Shown here piece after piece: positions 1-15,389 of a stretch of DNA of 64,000 nt (positions are counted from its first letter, which is position 1; each line of letters begins with the position of its first letter). This DNA comes from Auanema rhodensis (lineage: Eukaryota > Animalia > Nematoda). Where the stretch lies: contig OZ059895.1 of the NCBI GenBank assembly GCA_964057225.1, positions 8,804,001-8,868,000 on the forward strand. Direction: 5' to 3'. The notes under the pieces are model-generated. The model was not told the origin of the DNA and made no database searches. It saw only the letters and a list, made by a program, of their open reading frames with translations. The translations under genes were made by a program, and so were the position numbers.

Positions 1-811
1 TTATTGCTGACGAATAATCTCTTTAATCTGACATCCCTTCCATTTCAATCACGAAAGTCAATGTTCTTCTAGTTAGTTGATGTCATTAAATGCTCAACTA
101 GACGTCTTAGTTCGTATTTTCTTCACAAAGAACTCTCTCATGTCAATTTCCATCCATATAAACCTCACAAAATGAACCAAAAATAAAAAAAAATAAATGA
201 AACAATGTCAATTTAAGTGAATTGAAGTTGAAACTTTCAGAGAATAACAACTGTTACAACAAAAGAAAATTCAAAAAGATTTATGTAATTTTCCTTCAAA
301 AAACCATTAGAAACACATCCATCCATCTATGCTATGCTATGCTATACTATACTATGCTATGTGCTTTTACCTATTCAGGAATTTGTCTCTTTTTGATTAA
401 TTTGTCATTTCCTTTTCACATTTTTTTCAACTCCAATTCTACTTTTTTCTGTTTTTCTTAACTATTGTATGTCATGTTATCTGTTAAATTTATTTTTTTC
501 TTTCTCTCTCACTAACTATGCTATGCTTATCCTTTCTTTTCACATGTTTAACACATACCTTTATTCATTTGTTTTTTTGTTTTCAAAGAAATTACCAAAA
601 CTAATTTAAAATTTTAAAACTTATACTATTCAATGTTGATATTTTATCTTTTTTTTATCATTTACATCAACTTTTCCAACTTTTTCTTTTCTTTATAAAC
701 AACCTTTGATGTATTTCGTTGTTGTTCCATTTCAGGAAGTTCACTATCTATATCTATCTATCTATCTATATATATATATATATTTGTGAAATAATACTTA
801 TTCGAATACAA

Positions 812-3107
812 ATGGCTGAGATAAAACCATCAGAAATGGATATACAATCCAGTGCATTTCTAACCTTATATTCAGTATGTTTTATATTTTTTATAAAAAA
901 TAAAAAATATTATATAATCTATTTTATCATTACAGGTTTTTGAAAAAATTGAAAAATCTGAGACTATTCTATGGATGCGTATCAATTCTACACATTTATT
1001 GCCATTTTTCTGTTTAATTGGCATTATTGGAAATTCAATGGCTCTAATTCTTATTCGGTTTGCGAACTGTTGAACTCATTTCCTCAAATAAAATATTATC
1101 TGAGAAAATAAAATAAGAAAAAAAGTAAAAAAGAAAGAAAGAAGAAGAAGAAGAAGAAGAAGATTTCAATAACTTTCTATAATTCTTAAAATCAAAGAAA
1201 ATATAATATTATAATAATAAACTTTGAAATAACAAACTTATTTCAAAAGAATATATGTATAAAATTTCTTTTTAGAACAAATTTTTGGCTTCGACGTCTT
1301 ACATCAAATGTTTATTTATGTACATTATCTATATGTAGTTGTCTATTCTTAACTATGGTATAATTAATATTATATAATTATATTTATATATAATACTTTA
1401 GGTATTAGTTACTTGGGCTGATGCTATTTATCATCTTCCATTATATCGTGAAACAGAAATTGGTTGCAAGTTCTTTACCTTCTTAGCACATTTCTCAGAC
1501 TTTATCTGTGTATGGATGATATCTTGGATTTCATGTGATCGAATGGTAGTACTATATCGTCCAGGTAATAGTTATTTTTAAAATTTTTATTTGTACTTTC
1601 TATATAAGAAAGTATGTGATATATATTATCTATAAAATTAAATATATGAATGTCCTTTGAAAGAAATATTGCAACATTGACCTGAAAGTATATTTGCTGA
1701 TGAATTCAACTACTTAGAAAGAACTAGATAGACTTTGTGAATTAGTTTTATCCTCTTCCAGGAATAAGACGTCATGTCTGCAATCGCAAGTTTGCGGGAA
1801 GGTTAACGATTGGCACTATTCTTACATCAACAATGCTTTATTCGTGGGTATTCTTGTTCGCAGGCTTGGAACGTGTTCAAACAGGAGATGATCAAGTATT
1901 CTGTGGTTTAAGTACAAATGTTACCGTATTTGGGTAAAATATTCAAATAATCTATATAAATCAATAAATATAATTATAATTATAGATATCCAGTACATAA
2001 ACATTATTTTGTTTTTACTATTTTTGATACAATAGTATGTACGGCTGTTCCTTCAATTATTATAATAGTTGTTAATTCATTTTCTATTTGGAGATATAGA
2101 CAATGTATGAAAATCTATTCATCAGGAGTTCTTCGTGTCCGATTTTTCCGAGGACCAACAAGTGATGAAAACATGAGATATGTAAGTAATTTTTTATATT
2201 TATATCAAAACTTATATGCATACATCTTATTTAAGGAAGAAGAAACTGCTAAAAAACTTCTGTTAAGTCAAACACAAACTAATACTCCGACAGCTCAATC
2301 TCAGAGAAGCTTTAATAATTGTGGAAAATTGAGATCATCAGATCTACAACTCAGTAGAACTTTACTTATTGTGACAAGGTAATATTATGACAGATATATT
2401 ATAATATTATTTAATTTATTGGCCTAACACCTGTTTTATCTTAATAGTGCATCTTTAAAACTAAGTTTTAAGTGCTTTTAAGAGACTAAAAATACTAAGA
2501 AGAAGGACAAAAGTAATAAAATGACTTAATCAGTTATTCTAACATAAAACCACAGCTGAGCTATTTACTTTTGTTTTTTCAAAGATGAAAACAATCTTGC
2601 GTGACCTGGAAACTTTAACCACTTCTCGTGCATGTCAACTCATTATCCAAATAATTCTAATGTCTCTTAAAGCATTTTTAAGCTGATCATATATAATAAA
2701 GTTTATACAATTCTAATAAATAAGTCTAAGAGTGAAGAAAGAAGAACAAGAAGAAATTAAAATATTTCAACTTTTTTTTACAGTACATTCGTCCTACTCA
2801 ATGTTCCTAATTACATCATGAGGATAGTACAATACTCGTTCAGTTTTGATTCACATTTCTTCCATTTCTTCCATTATCTCACCTTTCTCATGTACTATCT
2901 TCATCACGCCGTTCTATTTTACATGTATATATTCTGGAGGTATGTTTTATTTTTTTCAATCAATGCTTAATTATACTTTATTTTAGTCCACAAATGAAAA
3001 AACAATTAAAACCAACCGCAGTTCGTCTATTGGAATGCTATTGTCTCAAAAATGTTCCCGAATTTGGTCATCGCTCAACATCTATGCAAAATTTTAATAG
3101 AAATTAA
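812..3107 (+). CDS. Class A (rhodopsin-like) GPCR, probably a peptide receptor; multi-exon
   Basis: Hand-spliced exons give 7 hydrophobic segments: TM1 LPFFCLIGIIGNSMALILIR, TM3 GCKFFTFLAHFSDFICVWMISWISCDRMVVLYRP (DRY-like CDRM), TM6 TLLIVTSTFVLLNVPNYIMR, TM7 YYLHHAVLFYMYIFWS. Ends NFNRN-TAA at 3107. Confidence 0.9.
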
Positions 3108-3719
3108 GCAACTAATTAACTATAGCTCAAATCATCGGGTACTCTGCATACTCGTTCACTATGGCTTCCCGGTGAACTATATCAAATTATAATTATGTGT
3201 ATATGTAATGCTTGAATTAAAATAATATTACGCAATAAAAATAATTAAAAAATGAGAGATTGTTATAATTTATCAAGATTAAGCAATTTGATACATTAGC
3301 ACTAGATCAAGTAGAGATCAGGAGTGCATTGATAAATGGTTAACGAATTCAATACAAAACAAAAAGTTAAGATCATAGGTTCTAGCCAACAAAAAAGCTA
3401 AGATTTGATGGAGGTAACAAAATAATAATTATTATAATAAAAATTATTGTGATAATAATAGTAATACAATGAGATATAGCCAATGTAGTATTTAGGGTTG
3501 AATATGAAAATTCACATACGGCAACCATAGATATGAAGAGCTATTCTAGAGCAGATCGAACTAAGCTCCCGAATCCTTACGGACATGAACAGCAGTAAAA
3601 CAAGAGATGAATTAATGAACTCTTGGAAATATCAGATTTGATTAAGATAAAACAAGGTATCAAACATTCTTTGCAAGAGTATGAGGGACAAGTTAACAAA
3701 CTTGCCAGTAGATATTAGG

Positions 3720-6700
3720 TTAATTCTCAGACGCTGGAGCAGCAACAGCGGTTTCTAGTAAGTCTTCTCCGCTTTTGATATCTCCCTGAAAACAATTCAA
3801 ATATAAGAGGTAATTGCAATATTACTTACCCTAATTTGTTCTTCAAATTGTCTTTTTGACTCACTTTCGGCTATGGCTGTAATATCATCAGTTGTAGACG
3901 TCACTACAGCATCATCTCCGCTGGGGAAGGAAGCGACTAAAACATTAAATTACATTAAAGGTCATACTTCCCAAAAATGTTTACCATTTGGTTCTGTAGC
4001 AGCAGCAGTATGTTCAGAATCATTCACATTTGTCTGATCATTTTCTCCATCGCTATATTTAGGAGACTGAAAAAAATATTTAGTTCGAAAAGCTTTCACT
4101 AACGAACCTCGCGCTCACGCCTTCCTCCACGATCTCTTCTTCCACCGTCATCTCTGTCTCTTCTTCGATCTCTGTTGAACCTATCATCTCGATAGCGATC
4201 TCTGTCCTCATCCCATCTGAAATACAAGCTGTGAGACATTTTCATTGAGGGAATTTTACCTATCTCTACGGTCTCCTCTTTCCTCTCGTGAATCACCCCA
4301 TCTTGAACGACGACGTTCTCCACGATCAGCATCCCGTTCACGTCTTCTATCAGAGTCTCTCTCACGATCATCACGATTTTCCCAACGCTACAAAATCGTT
4401 ATACTACCTCCATTTTCCAAAGATGCCAACTAACCGAATTTCGATCATCTCGACCATTCCACCTACTTTCTCTATCTTTACGGTCATTGCCCCAATCACC
4501 CCGATCACCATCACTACAACCAGCGTTAATACCACCTCGGAATCCGCCTCTTCCAGCATTGCCTCCTCGACTAGGCCCCGGAGCAAACCCTCGTCCGCGA
4601 CCGCCTATAAAATGTATAAATAAGAATTTTTAAAGTAAAATTAACAGACCTCGGAAGTTTCCACGAGTGGGTGAAAACATATTGCCTACTGGGTTATGAG
4701 AATTGAATGGAGGTTGGGGAGTATTAGGAGTTGGAGGGGGGAGAGTTACATTTGGAGGTATCAATGCCTAAATAAAACATTTATCATACTTCCTCAAATT
4801 AAATTATCACCTGGTTTGGAATTGGTGGTCTACCCATTGGGGGTAAGCGCATAGGAAACTGCAACGGGTTTTGAAGCCCAGGGGGTAACACATTAGGATT
4901 TCCAGGCATGGAGTTAAGAGGTAGTGGAGGAGGCACCCCTAAAACAGATTATCTTATTTATAGATCAATAAATCCCACCAAAAGGAGCGAACTCGTGTGG
5001 CTTCATAGGAGAAGTGCCATCAAAAGAAAGACCAGGTACTCTGGGAGGACTGGCTTGTGGGCTTGATAATTCCATGCCAGTAGGATCTGAACCAGAAGGA
5101 ATCATCACGGAAAGGACACCAGCATCACTATACATTCCTAGAGAGGTAAAATAGTTACATAAACCTTAAAGAAAATATATAACCTTTCTTGTTAGGAGGG
5201 AGGGATTCTACATCCAAATAAGCTCCATCACAAAGCCTCTCTAGATCTCCAGGTAATTCATTCCATGGTATGAGAGTAACTCCCTTTTCAGAATCCCACC
5301 ATTTTGAATATGGTTCCACTTTTGCACCATTTCCCTGAGCCCAACCAATCTAAAAACCATTTCAATTCACAATAGGTGGAAAGAAAATACCTTGACGGTT
5401 TTTCCGTTTATTTTCATATCTCTACCAAGTTTGTGCACTACTTCATATGCATTTTTTCGAGAATCCATTGCTACATAGGCACAAGCCTTTGATGATATGA
5501 TACTAATTCTTTCAACTTCTCCAGTTGGACGAAGAGCCATCTAAATTCAAAACTTCGTACCAATCTAATAAACTTAGATGATTACCTTTATTTCATTATC
5601 TGTTATGAGAGGTGGAAGCCTGCCAAACCACAATGTTTTAGATGCGACTAAATGTTGTTGTAAAGATTGCTACATTAAAATGATAGACTTACTCATAGTG
5701 AGCCCTTCTGAATTCGGAGGTAACCCCAACTTTCTTCGTTCTCGATCGGACCTATCCTTATCTTTTGATCGACTAGCTCTGCTTCTTTTATGATCATCTC
5801 GCTCAGTTGAGCGACTTCGTTTACGACGGTGACTATCTTTCTAAATTTGAGATATAGATAAAGCATCTTCTGAATTTATTACATCATCCATTTCTCTTCG
5901 TGGATCTAAATCATCTAAACTGAGTTGAGCATTGGGAACTGTTCCTAACAAGCCGCCAAGTGAAGTAGCATTTTGCGAATTAAGAGAGTTATTCATTTTA
6001 ATTTGCTGAAATAAACAATGGTTACTTCAGCGATATCTAACATTTTTTAAACTTGTTGAGCCATAATTTCCTCTATATTCTGTTGTGATAAACCTTGTCC
6101 TCTGCCTAACCCAGCAGACTGAGGTAACAAGCCCTATAAACAAATTTTTTCTATAATTAGAATTTAATACTGACCAATGGATTGAGCATTCCTAATATTC
6201 CTTGTGCATTATTTCCGTTGTTTGGAACTATCTGTTGTAACCCTGCAAATCCTGTCAATTGGCCAAGCCCAGCCAAATTAGCAATATTGCCCTAAGTAAT
6301 TTACTATTAAACAATATATTCGATTACGACTAACAATTCCCTGTCCTAGTGGGAACCCTGCTGTGAGTCCTGCAATACCACTTCCAGGTAATCCTGGAGG
6401 AATTCCTGTATTAAGTTGCCCCAAGCTGGGCGGGGGAACACCCATAGGCATGCCTACTGTGGTGGGATTCGGCTGTTGTTGCTGCTGTTGTTGTTGTTGA
6501 TGTTGTTGCTGATGTTGGAGATGTGGGTGATGTTGCTGATGTTGCAAATCATTAATTAGTTTTTCGCGTTGCTGGGCTATTAACGCGACCTAAAAAATAT
6601 AAATTCGCGTTTTAAAATACAAAATTATCCTACTTGATTCAGAACCATAACTCGTTCCTGATGTAAAGTTTTAAAGGCGTCCATAACTGTTGGATCTTTT

Positions 6701-8055
6701 ACCAAATTTTCAGCCATTCTAAAATACATTTATAAGATATGAAATGAAAAGTTAACGTACTGAACTACTTGATCATGAGTCATTGGTTTCGGCTCATTAA
6801 CTTCATTCTTTTTAGCTTCGTCACCTGAATCTTCTTCATCACTGTAGTCGAACTGTGATGACAACAAATTCTAAACAATATTCTACTCAATGAAAAAAAG
6901 GGCATTGCTAACCTTAATATTTCCTGCTTTCTGCTCTGCAATTATAGCACTTTGTCTTTGAACCAATGCGTCACAAAAAATCTTAACAATTAGGAAGGTT
7001 AATTAAATTAGATTGAATTTTTTTAAACTTACAGAATGGGCTTTTCTTAAAAGAGCTAAATCGGTGCTAAACGAGCCTCCATAATCACAACCAGCAGATT
7101 GCATAATATTTAATAATTCTCTTTCACTGATACAACCTTAAATTAGATTTGTTGAATAAATTAACGTTTAAAAATAATAGGAAAACAAAATTACCTTGAG
7201 GAATTTCTTCTGAAGGTTCTTCTTTCACTGCTAATTGGCTCTTGTCTCCAGCATTTGGTGGAGGCATGGGTGGAGTTTTGGCCTGGAATAATTGAATAAT
7301 ATCTTTAATTTCTTTAATATATACCTCGTATTTTGAGTGAGATCTGTGCTCCTTTTTAATATATGTTCCTCCATAGATAGTCATATCGGCTCTTTTACCC
7401 TTAACAGCTCGCTCCACTAATTCTACATCAGTTTCTAAAAGAGAAACCGTTTTAAAAATTATTTTGAACATTTAATTACCTATTCCCATATTACGGCACT
7501 GCTCTTTGAACGATGCAAGAACAGACTCTTCAAACACACCATTAGCACCCCAAAGATTTAAGGTACGAACAACCCGGCACTAAAAGTTTTTCAAATAACT
7601 CATACATAACTTATTATAACAAACCTGCTCATTAACAGGACATTGTAAAAAATCATTCAATGTTTTTGCGAAATTTTTTAAAAATCGAGGACCAAAAACA
7701 TCCTTTTCCTTAAATTGATGCTTCGACGCGCGTATAATGCTATCTACAACATATAGCACAGGTATTTTATACTCAACCTTACACTAAAAAAAAATTAATA
7801 ATTACAACAAATATAATAAGAAAACCTTTGCTAAAAATTTTTCAACACTAAAAACAACATGTTTGTAATACGTTTTAGCCTTCAAAGCTGCTTTGCTCAC
7901 ATCTTGAATTTTCTTTTTACTTAAAGGTGGACGTTGGTCATATATTGAAGTAAGCTAAATTAAATATTTTACTTGATGGTTAAAAACATTAGAAAAATAA
8001 ATAATATGTTATAAAGAACCTCTGCATTGAATGCTTTAACCACATCTGTATTCAT
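3720..8055 (-). CDS. nrd-1: SCAF4/SCAF8-like RNA Pol II CTD-interacting (CID) + RRM protein (NRD-1)
   Basis: N-terminal CID (MNTDVVKAFNAE..RPPLSKKKIQDVSKAALKAKTYYKHVVFSVEKF..VLYVVDSIIR), polyQ at about 6470-6547, RRM (SKTLWFGRLP..KACAYVAM..VKIGWAQG), Pro-rich and RD/RS-rich C-terminal region. Confidence 0.88.
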
Positions 8056-8472
8056 GATTGACTAGATTAATCAGATATTAGCCTATTAATGCACTTCTAC
8101 CATTTGAAATTGAAAACTCTGAAATAAAAACTGAAAATAATATTAGAAATATTTAAATGACATTATAAAAATCTTATAAAGCTAGAAAAATATAACCGTT
8201 GTTTTAAAATAAACCACACAAAATGGCGTAAAACAAAAATGGTCCTGCAACGACGACATAAAATTGGACAGCCTCGTTTAAAGCTGGTGTAAGAAGCTAT
8301 TCCAACGTTTGTACTTATATGTATATGTAGCTTTGAAATATAATCTCATAATATTATATTATGAAATATCAAAACACACAATAACATTTCAAATAGTTCT
8401 TAGATTTAGTAACATAAATATATGTACATATCTATTTATATATATATAGTCAACGATTCTTATTAAAGAATC

Positions 8473-9441
8473 ATGCTAACTCCTGCTAATTTGGATCAAG
8501 CTGGAAGCCCATTTCCTCCTCCTCCTGAATATGCACAATTTTATTCATCAGATAGATTAAATGGAACAACGTACCCACCTCCATTACCTCCACCAGCCGT
8601 GCAATCTGAATTCACGGTTTTTGGTGAAGAATATAAACTAAATGACGAAATTATTAGGTTGGAGAAGCTTTATAATAACTTATGATTCATAATTTAAGAT
8701 CGTTGTCTTCTCAAGGAATAAAGCAATTGTATCCAGCTAAATATGACTGGAAAACAGAAATGAAAAAATTAAACAGGTTCGATATCTACAATACTTTTTG
8801 AAGTGTTCGTTTATTTTATTCAGTAGTGCAATGACTGCTTTTTTGGATTTAATTGAATTGTTGATTCGTTGTCCTGACAGTCCTGAGAGAAATGAAAAGC
8901 TTAATGACATTCAAGCAATATTTATCAATATGCACCACCTAATCAATGAGTATCGACCACTGCAGGTATCTATGGTCTCAGTTGTGTTGTGTTTATTTTC
9001 GGTCCTAGGCTCGTGATACATTACGTTTAATGCAAAACATACAGCTTGGAGAATTACAAAATACTGTTACTCGATTCAGGTTTCATTAATGTATTTTTCA
9101 AATACAGGTTTTTTTTTAGAGAACATTTGAAAGCTGGTCGAGAAGCATTACAAGAGGAACTCTCAGTTAAAAATGTTAAGCTTCTTCCTGTGCCTCCTCC
9201 ACTGTCAGGAATTTCTCTAGATTCGGATGATGATAGCGATATGCCTGTTCTGGAAAAAGAAAAGGTATGAAATTACTTTTTTTTCATGTAACTTTCTCAT
9301 ATTGTTTAGAATTATCCAATGGAAGAAGGTGATCACAATAATTCTGTAATGGAACTAATGAAGCGAACGGCAGCTAAGCCTTCTACTCCAAATTTGAGAG
9401 GTCGTCAAAGGATAGATAAATTATTTTTAGACCCGAGTTAA
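8473..9441 (+). CDS. let-49: Mediator subunit MED7
   Basis: SPFPPPPEY, PPPLPPP..FTVFG, SLSSQGIKQLY, ELKKL-like EMKKLN, FINMHHLINEYRPLQARDTLRLM are MED7 signatures. Head-to-head with nrd-1. Confidence 0.93.
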
Positions 9442-9812
9442 GACATTTTGTTATAATTAATTTCGGGTTGCAGTTTTTAAAGGTTTTATTTACTGCATCC
9501 ACTTTGTGATCTGATTTCTTTGTATGTATAATTGTTTTCCTTCTCTTTCTTTATAATGTATCACTGGTTTATTATTATCATAAATATGTGACCTCCTTAT
9601 ATTAATAAGACATTCCCTATTTTTCACACTTTATTTGGAAGGTTTTAACCTTTAAATTATCCCAATTTGTGCATATCGTCGTATTCACATATATTTATGT
9701 TTAAGTTCACCGTTAGCGTTAATTACAGTTGATCGACTTGTCGAGGATTGTTCCCGACTTGGTTTGTTTCTTTTTCTTGAAAAATAATTTAATTAGTATT
9801 TAGGCGTTAACA

Positions 9813-10449
<637 letters not shown>

Positions 10450-10934
10450 ATAATCCTGTAGTTCTACTATTTTTGTACATACATATGTAGCAATATCATT
10501 TCATGACAACCGTTTATCATTCTCCAAAATTGATTAGTGGTTAATCAATTGTAGAATTCAAGCATTTTGTCTGTGTCTCTCCTTTACCCTTTATATCTTT
10601 CTGTTGTTACTCTCTCTCTGCCATAGTTAGTCAGTTTTCATTGTAACCTGTGTTGCCGGTGAATTCTTTATTTCTCTATTATAGTACTTATTCGTATTGT
10701 GTTGATCACGTTATCCGCATGTGTATGTATTTTTTAAAAAAATGTAGTGGTGAAAAATACTCTTTCTAACCCGATGATGATATTTGATACTTCCTTTCAA
10801 TCTCGTTGTGATTTCTTTATTGTACGGTTATATCATAAAAGTTCTTAGATCAAACTTTGTGTTTTACTTGGTACTGCACCAGAGTTATATTAAGAGCAAT
10901 TAAATAATCGGGGATGAAAGATTGAATTTTAGAA

Positions 10935-12335
10935 ATGAGTAGGATTGCAGTCATCGGTGAAGGTGTGATTGGGTTATCAACAGCTCTTGCCATTCAGAAG
11001 CGGTATCCAAATGTTGAAGTTTGTTAGAATTTGTTCTCGAGGGATACTAATGTTTAGCTGACTATTTTTTCTGACGGACCATTCGAAAGCACTTGCAGCT
11101 ATGGACCTGCCGGGCTTTTTAGAGTGGACAATGTAAATTATGAAACAAATCGGTAATTATATTAAACAAGTGTTTGTTACTGACATTTACTCAATAATTT
11201 TATTTCATAGAAAATATGCAGCAGAAACTCATCGTTGGTTTGCTGATTTGTGTAAAAATATTCCAGGATCAGTTACTGGAGTCAAACTTTTATCTGGTCA
11301 CATTCAATCAGATGATAAAAAAAGCTTAGAGATGCAGGTTGTAACTTGAGAAAAAAAAAGAATCCATTTTAAAAGTTAGGAAATAGCTAACAAAGGCTTT
11401 GTTCACAATTTCCGATGGCTCTCAAATCAAGAAATCAACGAACAGTTTGAGAATCCTTCAAAGTATTTCTAAAAATATACAGAAAACAATAATCGCAAAT
11501 CACTTTGAGATATTGTATTCATTTTACCGCTTATGGAGCTGAGGGAGAGAAATATGTTCCGTTTCTACGAAGTCAATTAAACAATATAACATTTATTAAT
11601 AAGAAAGTTGAAAGTATTAATGAGGTGCCTTGTCTTTCTTTCCTGTTTTTTGTTTCATCTGACTTTCTTTTTAGCTTGGAGAACAATATGATATAGTTGT
11701 AAACTGTGCTGGTATAGAAGCAGGTAAATTGGCTGGAGATGATGAGAATATGTTCCCTATTCGAGGGATAGTTCTTGAGGTATAATTAGTTTAAAAAACT
11801 ACAATAATTAAGATTATGGTTTAGGTTAAAGCACCATGGCATAAGCATTTCCTCTACCGAGACTTTGATACCTTTACAATTCCTAAGTAACATGCTTGTT
11901 CTTTATTTATGATTATGTTATACTATTCAAGACAGGATGTGGTAGCGTTAGGATCCGTAAAGCAAACGGGAAATTACTCAAAATCTGTTAAAGAAGAAGA
12001 AATCAAAGAGATCATGAACCGATATTGTCAATTACAACCGGCCATGAAAAACGCTGAAATCTTGAAAGTTTGGTGTCATCTGAGGCCAGCTCGTAATGGA
12101 GGAATACGGTTAGAGAAACTATTGAAGACAACGAGATCGGGAAAGCCATTCACTGTTCGTAAATTTTTTCTTATTTTCACAGTTTGCTGTTATAATATAT
12201 TGTAATAAAGAGAAAAACTTGCAGGTCATACACAACTATGGTCATGGTGGTTCTGGGTTTACACTAGGCTGGGGAAGCGCTCTCGAAGTCGCTAAATTAA
12301 TCGGAAAATCTTCTGCAGAGAGAGCGAAACTATGA
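10935..12335 (+). CDS. D-aspartate oxidase, ddo-1/ddo-2-like, peroxisomal
   Basis: [13 protein letters not shown]-binding motif, [45 protein letters not shown]-terminal -AKL is a PTS1 signal. Confidence 0.92.
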
Positions 12336-13494
12336 AACTAGGTTCATAGTTTATGACTTATTCTATTTCCAAGTTTACACAATCTTGTGACAAGTTATAA
12401 TTCCGTTTACCTAAATAACACTAGTTTGTATAATAGTTTATTATTTGATTTTAATTAATAATTAATAAATATATCTCTGATCTTATTGAAATATTTCAAA
12501 TTAAATGTTTTTCAATAAAGTAATGAATATAGGTAATGATGATTTCACCGATATCAAACTGCTTTATCACACATGAAACTAAGAAAAGAACAATAATAAC
12601 AAAAATTTATTGGAAACATGAAGGTTGGTAAGGCTGGGGTAAAAGGGGTGGGTTTAGAAAACTGAAGATTAGTAGAACGACAAACTGGTTTACACAGACG
12701 TTTAACTGATTTGCCTCTTCCTCTGCAGCTTGTTATTAGCGTATGCGTGGATCCTTGTCGGGTCTGGCATGACAGTGCCATCAGTATTTCTATTATCCAT
12801 TGCAATAGAAGTAAACTTTTACCAAAATGCGTCACTGTTGAGCTATACTTTGAACTATTCTATTTCTTTTGCGTTCAATCTTGTCCAGTTTTATTAGTTT
12901 TCAAATATACTCACTTTTAAATTGAATGTTTTGTATCTAAATAAAGGAATATCCACTATTTGCTATAGAATTTTTTATAACCGAAGCTAGTGAAGAAAAC
13001 TCTACTTCCTCTGGCATTGTCGCGAAGGTCATGCATCTCCCTCTTTCACTACAAAAGCTAGTTTGTAGAGGTGCTGTCTTCATGTTCTCTCCAGGTTCAT
13101 ATAATCAAAACAGTATCGGCTCTATCTAAACATATTCTTTAATTTGTCATATCTGCCTGTGTCACCTCACTTGTATATAATAATTCTTTACCTCACAGAT
13201 ATAAAACCGTCTTAATCTTCTGATATATACCAATTTCGGATACTTTTTGCGAAGTCCAAAACGATACCTATAAAACTGTCGGTTGCGCGCGAAATTTAAA
13301 CTATAAATATAATCAGTTCTCTATAATTTTATGATTAAAGTTGTACTAAGTGGTATTTGAGCATACGTCTATAGCAATTTTGTTATATAATCATATCTTT
13401 ATCTGATCATAAAATCTTTAATTATACGGATTTATACTAAGCATAATAACACCTATTATATTGATAGATTCTGATAATTGGAATAGGGATAGTT

Positions 13495-15089
13495 ATGCGC
13501 CTATTGATATTCTTTCTATGGTTTACGGGTATAACTAATGAACTTTATTAATCTGAATTCCTTTTCTTTTTGAGGCATAGCCGTAGAAGGTAAAATTGCT
13601 ATTATCGGAGAAGGTGTAATTGGTCTCTCAACGGCTTTGGCGATTAAGGAGTTCTCTCCCGAAGCTGATGTATCCTCTTTCGTCTTCGTTTTGGTATTAC
13701 GCACTTATTTACAGATAACAATTTTTCATGATCTTCCATTTGATAAAACTCTTTCAAGGAATATTGCTGGGTTATTTCGTATAGATAATGGCCAATACAA
13801 GTAAGATGACTAACAAAAATTCTAATGTATCATGTTCAGAGAATACGGAAACGCTACTTTTATCCGATTAGCTAAGCTTTGGAGAAATTATGGTGGATTA
13901 TCGGGAGTTCAACTTATATCTGGGCACATACTTTCTCGGAAACATAGTAATCTTGAAACACAGGTTCAAACTCGTCTTCTATTATATTTTTTACTTTCGA
14001 ATTGCTATTAAGAAAGATAATTACGCAGATATAGTTTATAACTTCCGGTACTTGAATGAAAGAGAGCTTCGATCTCAGTTCGAACTTCCCCAGGACGAGT
14101 ATGTATGAGATATTAGTTTTGCTAATTTTCAAGTTTAAGCGAAACTACACAAGCTATTCACTACACTGCATTCACCTCAGAAGGTGCACGTTACTGTCCA
14201 TGGATGAAAAACGAATTAGAGCAACAAGGTGTTCAATTTGTTATGAGATCTATAGCCTCACTAGACGAAGCAAGTTTTTTTCAACGTAAATTTAAAATGT
14301 TGCTAATTAGATCGCTGAAGATGGTTTTGATGTTGTCATTAACTGTGCTGGACTCAACGCTGGTAAATTATCTGGTGACGATTTTAGTGTTTATCCTATT
14401 CGTGGAATATTATTAAAGGTTTAACGTTCTTTTAAAAATAATCATTGTTTTCTTTAGGTTGATGCGCCATGGCAAAAACACTTTTTATACCGTGATTTTG
14501 GTACCTTCACTATCCCTATGTAAGAAATCATGAGCTCTTTTTCTAATACACTCATTATATTTCTTCATTCAGGATCGATTCTGTTGTCGTCGGCACTGTG
14601 AAACAGGAAAATGCCACTAGTGCTTTGTTGTCTGATGAAGAAAAGCATGAAATCTGGAATCGATACATTTCTTTGCAGCCGGCTTTCAAGGTGTCATCAT
14701 CTGAGGCATTTTCGTTATTAAACTTGTTCAGAATGTAAAAGTTCTTGGCACCTATGTCGGTTTTCGACCAGGACGTGAAGCAATTCGTCTTGAAGCCCAA
14801 TTGCGCATTACCAAATCAGGAAAGGTTTACAAGGTACCAAAGAAAATAAAGCGAATAAATGAGACATCGTTTAATTGTCTATATTAAGGCTATCCACAAT
14901 TACGGTCATGGAGGAAATGGGTTCACTTTGGGTTGGGGATGCGGTGAACATGCTGCCAGACTTGCTTTAGAGTTACCAACTGACCAGTAGGCCTTAAGAG
15001 CATGATCTAGTTTTATTTTTACTTTTAGATTTGATAGTGCTTTTAAGCTTAAACACCCTTCCCAAGAGGAAGTGGCTCGTCGACGATAG
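13495..15089 (+). CDS. ddo-3: D-aspartate oxidase, ddo-3-like, with signal peptide
   Basis: MRLLIFFLWFTG leader before KIAIIGEGVIG; [61 protein letters not shown]. No PTS1. Includes a GC-AG intron at 14270. The last intron is inferred; without it the stop is at 14990. Confidence 0.85.
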
Positions 15090-15389
15090 TTGTACAACTG
15101 TAACTTAATTTTTCTGTTCATAGAGCTCTGTATACTAATAAATGTTTCTGTTTTTTCGAAACTGACTTAATCTCCGTGGAAAAACAGCTTTATTGTATCT
15201 TAAAATCATCTGAATCGTGAAGTTCTTCGAAATTAAAACGTTTGCTTATCTGATGAAGAACATCAAAGTACGTTCTCTATTTTTAACTTCAAGTTTAACA
15301 GCAGGTTTATATGAATTATTTGTCGTTTCATTGTCAATAAATAATTACAATTATTAGTAAAATTCATTGTAGAGCGCAGTATCAAATAA

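Noticed and set aside
4245-4623. Plus-strand ORFs (RS-rich and Thr/Ile-rich)
   Set aside because: Antisense shadows of the RD/RG-rich exons of nrd-1.
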